Below, one piece after another: positions 56,220 through 64,000 of a stretch of 64,000 nt of DNA (within the stretch, counting starts at the first letter, position 1; each line of letters opens with the position of its first letter). The stretch is from contig CAWKHF010000004.1 of the NCBI GenBank assembly GCA_963849325.1, positions 256,001 through 320,000 of the forward strand. The letters are read 5' to 3'. The position numbers and the translations under genes are program-made. This DNA comes from an uncultured Planctomycetota bacterium (lineage in GTDB: Bacteria; Planctomycetota; Planctomycetia; Gemmatales; Gemmataceae). The notes beneath the pieces are model-generated. The model was not told where the DNA came from. It worked only from the letters and a program-made list of their open reading frames with translations, and searched no databases.

Positions 56220-58639
56220 GGCCCGTGTTGATTCTATCGACTCGCCGTCCCGGCTCACGCGGCACCGGCGGCTTAGGCTTTTCCTCATCGGGAATCCAGG
56301 CGGACTCCGCGACGATCTCCACCATCAGCTTACGGACATTGTAGCGATTGTCGGATACGAAGGACCGCCGCAGGTCCGACGAGCTTCGTGCAGGTCCGTA
56401 GGCACGGATCGGCTGCTTGACCAGGTAGTGGAACAGCTGCTCGACAAAGGCGTCGTGCGTCTCCTCGCTGTCGGCCAGGAACGCGGCCAGATCGCGGACG
56501 CCGGTGAACTTCCTCATCTTCGCCGCTGCGCGTCTGGTAGATGCCCGTGGCGTCGATGGGCCGCTCTTTTTCCTGGTCGCGGTAGCGGCCGATGGCGTCG
56601 AAGTGCTCCAGCGTGAAGCCGAGCGGGTTAATCATGCCGTGGCACGTCTGACACGCCTGCGGCCGCGTTTGCAAGCTCGACGCGCTCGCGCGTGGTCAGC
56701 CGTGGGTGCAGGTCCGGCGGCAACGGGGTGAAGGCCTCCGGCGGCGGCTGGAGCGTCCGGCCCAGGACGCTGCGCGACAGGAAGACGCCGCGATGGATCG
56801 GCGAACTGGTCGCCGTGTAGGCGAAGGTCGCCATCAGGTAGGGGTGCGTAAGCACGCCGGCACGCTCGCCGGCTTTCGCCGCGACCTTTCTGGAACGGCG
56901 CATCGGGCGGCAGATCGCCGCCGTAGAATCTGGCCAGCCGGCCGTTGAGATACAGGGAATCCGCGAGCAGCAGTTGGCGGAAGTCCGATGCCTCGCTCCA
57001 GAGCACGTCCTCCAGGAACAACTCCAGCGAGGTGCGCAGGTCCGAGGCGACCGCCTGAGTCGAAGCCGGGGATAGCTGTGCGGAGTCCTTGGACAGGTCG
57101 GGGACCTGATCGACCTTGCAGCCACTGCAGGAAGAACTCGCGGAGCTTGGCCCGGGTCCGCAGGTCGGCGACCATGCGCTCGGCCTGGTGCAGCCACCTG
57201 CTCGCGGGTGGCACAGCTCGGCCGCTCGCCGCCGCTTGCAGAAGCTCGGCGATCGGGCAGCGAATCCCACAGTCCGAAGGAGAGTCCGCGACGCCACGTC
57301 GTAAGCGTCTGGCCCGCCGCCAATCTCGCGGTAGAGGAAACGCGGCGACTTGAGGACGAGCAGCACAACGCGCTTGACGGCCGTTTCCAGATCGCGGGCG
57401 GCTTCGAATCTGGTGATCGACGTAGAGGCGCTTCTGCTCGTCGCGTGAGCGGCCGGCGAAACGCCCGTCTCGGCGAAGCGTACGACAGAACTCGCGGAGA
57501 CGCGCCTTGCGATCCGGCGGCATCGTCCGCGCACGCCGGCCAACTCCGCCAGGCGGGCGACGACGTAGTCCGCAACCTCGATGGCCGCATCGGTCGTGGC
57601 CTGTTCCCACGCCTTGGAGATCGACGTGCCGCGCTCGTAGCCGACGCTGCGGTCGTCCGGCGGAAACGGCGTGGCGACGACGAACGCAACGGGAGAGGCA
57701 GTTCGGCGTCAGGTTTCGCTGCGGGATCACCTCCGCCGTCCGCTGCGGCGGCTTCCACGCCAGCGCGATCGACGCCTTGACTTGCGGGCGGCTTGCCCTT
57801 CTTGTTCTTCGAGTCGTCCACGCCCTGCTTGGCCTTGGAGAACTCCAGCCGCAGCGGATAGACGCGCCCGCCCAGCAGGAAGATCGAGGCGCGATACTCG
57901 GTATCGTTGCCCGACTTCACCCAGGCGTCGATCAGCGGCCGTTTGCGTGTCGTTGACCCACAGCCGGGCGGCGTGCTCGGTGCGGACGATGAATTCGTAA
58001 CTCGCCGGTGTCCGGGGCCAGGACCGAGCCCGTCCAGCGGATCGAGAATTGATTGGCGTCGAACTTCTTGGGGTCCGGGCCGGACGTCGCCGAAGTCGAA
58101 GCGGACCTCGGGATCGACGCGCTCCAGGACGCGGTCGTTGCCGCGGAAGCGCCGGGACTTGAAATACTCGCCGCGCAGGCCGCGTTGCTGGTCCCAGTGG
58201 CTGGGCGTGCGGAAGCTGCCGATCAGGTCGGCGACGGCGTTGCCGATACTGGCGGACGGTGAGGCGCGACAGCTCGATGCGCGGCGGCTTGTTGCGGGCC
58301 TGCGCGGTCTTGGAGTAGAAGGCATCGTAGATGTAGGCGGCGACTTTCTGGGCGTCTTCGCCGCTGCATTTGTCGTCGGTGTCCTTGGGCATGGTCCGGG
58401 CGATGAGGCGGGTGAGCTGGGAAACGGAGCGATCCCCGGCCAGCGGACGCGGGTAATCATCAATCGGTGCCTTCTCCCGACGCTCCATGACACGAGGCGC
58501 ATTGCTGCTTGTAAATCTGTTCTCCGCTACGACCTTCCGCGGCGAGGACGCGGGGGGCCAGCATGCTCAGAGAGCACAGCAGGGCCATCCAGGGTAGGTG
58601 GCGGAGAGGGGACACGGTTGGCGGATTCGTGTGGATCAT
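56220..58639 (-). CDS. Cytochrome c-PA14-DUF1592/DUF1588 multidomain protein; heavily frameshifted, 3' end approximate
   Basis: Manual translation from 58639: MIHTN...GEQIYKQQCASCHG; PA14-like GLRGEYF; SPRFLYR; SSPIHRGVF; CQTCHGMINPLGF.LEHFDAIGR. Confidence 0.75.
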
Positions 58640-58997
58640 GGAGACCGATTCGGGTAGGCCGCTACGAAATCAGGAGGTCGGAAGGCAGGTCAACACTCAC
58701 CGAGGCGCGTCGTCCGCGAACTGGAGGGAAAAATGTCCGGGATGCGGCGCCGAGTGCTGATAAATAGTTTGAAGGCTCGGGGGACGAATGTCAAGGGGAG
58801 AGACGGAAAAGGTCCATTCCTCCCATCCCGTTGTTGCATCGACTGTCTGTTGCCGAAGAGAGACGAAGTTGGTAGGTGCCGCCAGCCGAGCGGCACGGCG
58901 GAACGATACAGCTATCCGTAACCGGCTCACGCGGAGCATGGCGTCGAAGCACGATACACCATCATTCACGTGGTCGGTCTGCTTGTATGTTCCATTT

Positions 58998-59160
58998 CAC
59001 TCCCGATTTCTTGTCGGGAGTATCCTCGACAGGGGAGTCGCGAGGAGGTCTTTCGGTCTGCTGAGGTACGACCTCTTGCTGCAGATTGACCCCTCCGCGT
59101 CGGACCCAGCGCTGGTTACATCTTGAGGCACTGACCTCTGATCACAAGCTTCCGCTCACG
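58998..59160 (+). ncRNA. IS110 bridge RNA (5' hairpin, target-binding loop, donor-binding loop)
   Basis: LTG TCGGTCTGCT 59053-59062, RTG GCTGCAG 59078-59084, LDG GTTACATCT 59115-59123, RDG ACAAG 59144-59148. All match the element flanks or ends. Confidence 0.8.
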
Positions 59161-59233
59161 CCGAGCTACGCCGGAGGAGCCTCGCGGCTACGGCCCCATC
59201 GTCTCCCTCTTCACTCCACATTCCGAGGTTCCC

Positions 59234-61042
59234 ATGCTACCACAACACGCTCCCGCTCCGCAATCGCCGCGACGCATCGGCGTCGGCATCGACACCTCCC
59301 GCTACGGCCATTACGCCGTCTTCCTCACGCGACGACCTCCAGCCCGCCGCCGACGAACTCTCCTTCCCCGAGTCCGCCGCCGGCTACGCCCTCTTCCGCC
59401 AACGCCTCGCAAGCGCATCGTCCAGCGCTACGGCGCCGTGCACTTCGTCGTCCGTCTCGACGTGGCCGGACCCGTATGCCGACAACCTGCTCCACTTCCT
59501 GCACCAACTCGGCCACGCCGCCAGCCGACGCCCGCCAACGCCGCCCGCCGTTGGCCCTCACCCTCTCCTGCGGCGATCCGCAACGCAACAAGAACTACCG
59601 CGCCGCCCTCTTCGGCAGCCAGAAGTCCGATCCCGTCGAGGCCCGCGCCGCCGCACGCTTCGCCCTCACCGAGCGAGCCACGCAGTGACAAGCCATTGTC
59701 CCTGCGAACTCCGCATCCTCCGCCAGGTCGCCGGCCGACTCCAGGCCGTCGTCCGCCAACGCACCCGCCTCCTCAACCAGTTCCATCATCTGCTGGCCTT
59801 GACCTTCCCCGAACTGGCCCTGCTCACCAAGGACCTCGCCGCCGGCTGGGTCCTCGAACTGGTCCACCGCTACCCACCGCCGCCGCGCCTGGCCCAGGCC
59901 ACGACCCGGCCGACCTGGCCGCCATCCCCTATCTGCCCGATGACCATGGCGACGCCGCTGCTCGCAACACGCCCAGCACCTCCATCGCCTCGCTGGACGG
60001 CGCGGCCGTCGAGGAGCTGGTGCGCGACCAGGTCCGCCAACTCCGCGACAGTCGGCGCGCGGCAAAAACGCCTGGAATACCTGCTGGTTTCCGCCTATCA
60101 CGCCCTGCCCCAGACCAACCACCTCGACACCATCCCCGGCATCGGCGCCGTCACGGCCGCCGTGCTGACCGCCTTCATCGTCGACATCGATCGCTTCGCC
60201 ACGCCGGGCAAGCTGGTCGCTTATTTCGGCGTCCTGCCCATCGAGGCGTCCAGCGGCGTGGACCGCGACGGCCAGGCCGCGTTCGCCGCGGCGTTGGGTC
60301 ATGAGCCGGCGCGGCAACGACCTGGTGCGTCGCTATCTGTGGATGGCGGCCTTGAGCGCCATCCGCTTCAACCCGGCGGTGCGGGCGTTGTACGCCCGTG
60401 TCGTGGCCAAGCATCCCCAGCACAAGGCGGTCGCCGTCGGCCACGCCATGCGCAAGCTGTTGCACCTGGTCTTCGCCATCTGCAAGAGCGGCCGGCCGTT
60501 CGACCCCGACCACTATCCCTGGCAGACGCCGGCTCACGTCGACGGAGAGTGACAATGACATGTCAGTGGATGCACCGAAGCCAGTGACAAGACCGTGTCA
60601 GTCGAAAGCCAGGCCGCGGGCCACAAGCCGGAAGCTGAGCCGGCTGCGGACAGTGGTCACCGCGGCCTGTGCCGACAGCGTAGCCGAGACGGCCGCGGTC
60701 GGCGAGAGCAACGCCGTCGATTTCGCCCACGTCAAGAGGCAACTGCCGCTGGCCCAGGTGCTCGATCAACTGGGTCTGTCGGCGCGCCTGCGCGGCAGCG
60801 GTCCGCAGCGCCGCGGTGCCTGTCCGCTGCATCGCGGCGATGGCCGCGGCCGGACGTTCAGCGTCAACCTGGAGGCCAACGTCTTCCAGTGCTTCGACAA
60901 GACGTGCGGTCAGAAGGGCGACGTGATCGACCTGTGGGCGGCGTTGCATGGCTTGTCGCTGCGGGAGGCGGCGTTGGACCTGGTGCGGACGTTTGGGCTG
61001 GAGCCTGCGCCACGCACCGGAACAGAGAAGAGGAACGGTTAA
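59234..61042 (+). CDS. IS110 recombinase (RuvC-like + Tnp20) with probable C-terminal CHC2 zinc-finger extension; multiple frameshifts
   Basis: IGVGIDTS, KSDPVEA, LDTIPGIGAVTAA, YFGVLPIEASSG, RRGNDLVRRYLW, AMRKLLH; then CPLH...CFDKTCGQKGDVIDL. Confidence 0.85.
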
Positions 61043-61204
61043 GGAACGGTTGACCGCGTCGGTGGAGAGAATCCGCCCTTGGGTCGGGGCCGTCCGCATG
61101 TGCGCAGACAGGACAGAGGAAACCGTTCTTACCGGCCGTCATCACGGGGACGGGGCTTGACATTCATCGTTACATCTGCAGCGGATTGTTCGGCGCTACC
61201 CCCT

Positions 61205-61684
61205 TCAGAAAACAAGAGGCTTACCGACCCCCAAGGAACACTCGACAAGCGCCGCCATCTGAGCGGCAAACTCACGGACCAACCCTGCCATCCCCTGCTG
61301 GACGCACGACATCGCTTGTAGCGCTCCCACCTCGGACGGCAAACTTTTCACCTCTTCGACGGCGAGGAAGTCTCCTGCATGAGTGCCATTGTACAGCACC
61401 TTGGAGAGCAGCAGCGGGAACGTCTCGGCCTGCCGCTCCAACTCCGCTCGCAGGGCGGCGACCAGCGCGATGTTGCCGATGCGGTGGTGCAGCAACACGC
61501 CCAGCTCGTGCTCGCAGGCGCGCTCGAGTTGCCATCGGTCAAAGGCGAGCTGGACCTCAAGGTCGTCGCTGCCGCAGAGCAGGCTCCCATCGGCCGAGAC
61601 GGACAGGTTACAGCCGGGCGGCGGTGGTTCTCGCAAGCGTCCCCGCTCGAAGCAGTCGCAGTACACAACCGCGTCCAACCCCAT
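61205..61684 (-). CDS. Hypothetical cassette-encoded protein (159 aa)
   Basis: MGLDAVVYCDCFERG...ACEHE...RIGNI...YNGTHAGD...KPLVF; fills the cassette tightly between the R box and attC. Confidence 0.75.
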   Translation of the reverse strand: MGLDAVVYCDCFERGRLREPPPPGCNLSVSADGSLLCGSDDLEVQLAFDRWQLERACEHELGVLLHHRIGNIALVAALRAELERQAETFPLLLSKVLYNGTHAGDFLAVEEVKSLPSEVGALQAMSCVQQGMAGLVREFAAQMAALVECSLGVGKPLVF

Positions 61685-61860
61685 CTCTGCTTCGCTCCGC
61701 CTCGCCGAACAGTGATTAGTCTGAGGCGGGGCGTCTCGCGGCCTCATTCGTGGTGGTCCCTCGTGGACCCCGTTCGGAAGTTTGCCCTTCCTCACGCCAC
61801 GTTGCGCCTCCGCCGGCCTCCCACGGTTGTCCCACGAACTCCTCTATTCTGAAGGCTCCC

Positions 61861-63319
61861 ATGTCCCGGCACAAGCACCAAACCGCCTCGTCCGCCCCCA
61901 GGCAACCCGCCACGCCCGTGGCACCGCAACGCCGCCGTCACACGCCCACTCCCGCCGACGACGGCTACCACGAATCCCTGCCCATTCAGCACGGCCACGC
62001 GGCCGGCATCGACGTGGGCTCACGCACGCACGGGGTCGCTGCCCCCGCAGCAGACGGCACCCTGGACGTGGCCTGCTTCGACACCTACACCGAGGGACTA
62101 CGCGCCCTGGCCGCCTGGCTCCATGCCCACGCGGTCACCACCGTGGCCCTGGAGGCCACCGGCATTTACGGCGATCCCCTCTTCGATCTGCTCCCAAGCC
62201 AGGGCTTTGACGTCATCCATGTCAACCCCGCCTACACCGCCCAACTCCAGGGACGGCCCAAGACCGACAAGCTCGACTGCCAGTGGATCCAACGCCTGCA
62301 CGCCCACGGCCTGCTGCCCGCCTCCTTTCGGCCCGCCGCCGATGTCGCCGTACTCCGCGTCTACCTCCGTCAGCGGGCCGAACTCGTCCGCGCCGGTGCC
62401 CGACACATCCAGCACATGCAGAAGGCGTTGGAGTTAATGAACGTCAAGCTGACCGAGGTGGTCAGCGACGTGACGAGCTGGACCGGCCTGAAGATCATCC
62501 AGGCCATCCTGGACGGTCAACGCGACCCGCTGACGCTGGCGCGACTGCGGAACAAGCACTGCAAGAACAGCATCGATACCTTCGCGCGTGCCCTGCAGGG
62601 CAGTTGGCGTGACGAACACGTGCTGACGTTGCGGCAGGCGTTAGCATCGTGGCAGCACTATCAGGCTCAGCAACGGGAGTTGGAGGAAGCGATCGCCCGC
62701 CACCTCCATCGGATGAAAAAGACGACCGCGCTGCCGCCGCTGCTGCCCAAGCCGCGACGGCGGAGCCGCGCGGCCAACGAACCACGCTTCGACGTGCGAA
62801 CCGCCCTGTACTACGTGACCGGCGTGGACTTGACCGAGTTGGACGGGATCGCCGACGTGACGGCCTTGGTGGTCGTCAGCGAGATCGGCCTGGACATGAG
62901 CCGTTTCCCCTCCGCGAAGCACTTCTGCGCCTGGTTGGGGTTGTGCCCGCGGGTGAAGAAATCCGGAGGTCGGGTCTTGTCGAGTCGGACGCGCAAGGGC
63001 AAGGGCGCCGCGGCGCGGGCCTTGTGTCTGGCGGCGCGGTCGTTGTGGCGCAGTCCAACGGCGTTGGGTGCTTTGCTGCGGCGGTGGAAGGCCCGCTTGG
63101 GGGCGCCTGCGGCGATAACCGCGGTAGCGCACCGAGCTGGCTCGGCTGCTGTATCAAACCTTGAAGACGGGGGCGTTGCCGGCCCGCGAGACGGCGGCGG
63201 CGTATGCGGCCCGCCAGCGGGAGCAAGCGGTGGCAACGTTGCGGAAGAAGGCGTTGCGTCTGGGTCTGCGCGTGGTAGCGACGAGTGAAATCGTGGAGAG
63301 CGTAGCGTCGCCGCCATGA
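61861..63319 (+). CDS. IS110-family transposase (second clade), frameshift near 63133
   Basis: AAGIDVG, ALEATGIY, KTDKLDCQWIQRLH, LDGIADVTA, WLGLCPRVKKSGGR; continues ...LARLLYQTLKTG...SPP*. Confidence 0.9.
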
Positions 63320-63503
63320 ACGATAGCGGGTGCGGCATGGCCCGAGGTTCGCCCAGGGAGACGAGCAAACAAGGCCCGATCACAGCAAGCGACAGCGAGG
63401 GAGACCGCTTCGGTTCACGGCGGAGCGTCCTTGAGTGCGCACAGCAGTCAAAGATAGAATAAGTCTTCTGAAGAAGCTCCTCGGAAGGCCGCGCAGATGA
63501 GAC

Positions 63504-63535
63504 CGTGATAGGCTGCGCCTGCGCAGCCTATCACG
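63504..63535. repeat. Perfect 15-bp-arm palindrome CGTGATAGGCTGCGC-CT-GCGCAGCCTATCACG
   Basis: Read directly from the sequence; just outside the proposed right end of the outer IS110. Confidence 0.7.
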
Positions 63536-64000
63536 AAACAACGCCGACCTCGGAAAACGCCATTACTTCTTGGATGGACTAGGGTTGCGCTAAATGATGC
63601 GCAATCTTCTTCCCCTGCTAGGCCGCACAGCGGTCACAGAGCGAGGACTTTGCTATCTCGCGCTCGCGCGCGATAGCATGGGAAAGCGCTTTCCCACTGC
63701 TGTCGAGGATGGACCCCAAAGACAGCATCCTTTGACCGCGCACACCCCGCTCCATCCGGTAAGCCCGACTCTATCCGCTGGCCAACGGCATGGCAAGAAA
63801 AAACCGACACGATTTCCGCGGTTGGGATAGGGTGCGTGCCTTCGGGTAGTTCCTGTTTGCCCTCGTTGCCCAGCTCGACTTCCCGTCCGGTCAGGGACCG
63901 GCCGAGAAGCAGCGCTTCGCCCACGGACGTTGCCCAGCCGAGCGGGGCAACGAGGGTCTACGGCCCGACACTCCAACGATCCGAAATGATGGAGCACTCG

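Larger units (their letters stand above)
58984..61177 (+). mobile_element. Inner IS110-family element (2194 bp) with CT core, no terminal IRs
   Basis: CT at 58982-58983 and 61176-61177; ends defined by four guide matches and by the junction promoter. Confidence 0.85.
58898..61194 (-). other. attC recombination site (~103 nt reconstructed) split by the inner IS110 into 61178-61194 and 58898-58983
   Basis: Rejoined minus strand: GCCGAACAATCCGCTGCAGCAGACCGACCACGTGAATGATGGTGTATCGTGCTTCGACGCCATGCTCCGCGTGAGCCGGTTACGGATAGCTGTATCGTTCCGC; L' box is degenerate. Confidence 0.7.
58904..61709 (-). mobile_element. Integron-type gene cassette (one ORF plus attC; 612 bp once the inner IS is removed)
   Basis: Starts G/TTCGGC (61710-61704). 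R'' GCCGAAC (61194-61188) lies just after the ORF stop and is its exact complement. R' GTTCCGC at 58904-58898. Confidence 0.7.
58859..63487 (+). mobile_element. Outer IS110-family element whose left non-coding end is interrupted by a gene cassette (boundaries inferred)
   Basis: GAAG at both proposed junctions (58855-58858 and 63484-63487); transposase at 61861; 61737-61744 is complementary to the right junction AGGCCGCG. Confidence 0.5.

Noticed and set aside
1-58639. Calling the frameshifted genes pseudogenes or programmed frameshifts
   Set aside because: Breaks are scattered through conserved genes whose motifs remain intact on both sides, which fits sequencing indels better.
60545-60603. 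Direct repeat AGTGACAA...TGTCAGT as an element end or binding site
   Set aside because: Lies in the transposase-to-zinc-finger linker, well inside the guide-defined ends; more simply a short coding duplication.
61704-61778. Second complete attC (TCCGAAC...GTTCGGC on the minus strand)
   Set aside because: Lacks recognisable L''/L' boxes and pairing; better explained as part of the outer IS110 left-end RNA.
63488-64000. Integron integrase or other gene next to the cassette region
   Set aside because: No tyrosine-recombinase motifs or convincing ORF in any frame.

Overview
GC-rich bacterial chromosome segment, probably a planctomycete (Gemmataceae-like). The basis is gene content: a DUF1552/DUF1592 pair, DUF1080, PEP-CTERM, a kinase-TPR protein and a cytochrome c-FG-GAP protein. 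Many genes are split by single-base frameshifts, most likely long-read indel errors. 1-58.7 kb is housekeeping and accessory genes (RND efflux, 2-oxoacid dehydrogenase, MazF TA pair, cmk, plsC, MoxR cluster, acpS, UvrD, metK, csrA, treZ), punctuated by many REP-like palindromes. The standout is 58.86-63.49 kb, which reads as a three-layer nested element. An IS110 bridge-recombinase element (58984-61177) has a fully mappable bridge RNA and a probable C-terminal CHC2 zinc-finger extension. Its target guides match an integron attC site, and it sits inside the attC of a solitary gene cassette. That cassette appears to have been inserted at a G/TT site inside the left-end non-coding RNA of a second IS110 element. 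Other oddities: a degenerate M1 peptidase fused to an Omp85-type barrel, a TPR pseudokinase, a sigma-factor-like protein with a signal-like N-terminus, two candidate attenuators or sRNAs, and a 97-bp MITE nested in a palindromic repeat.
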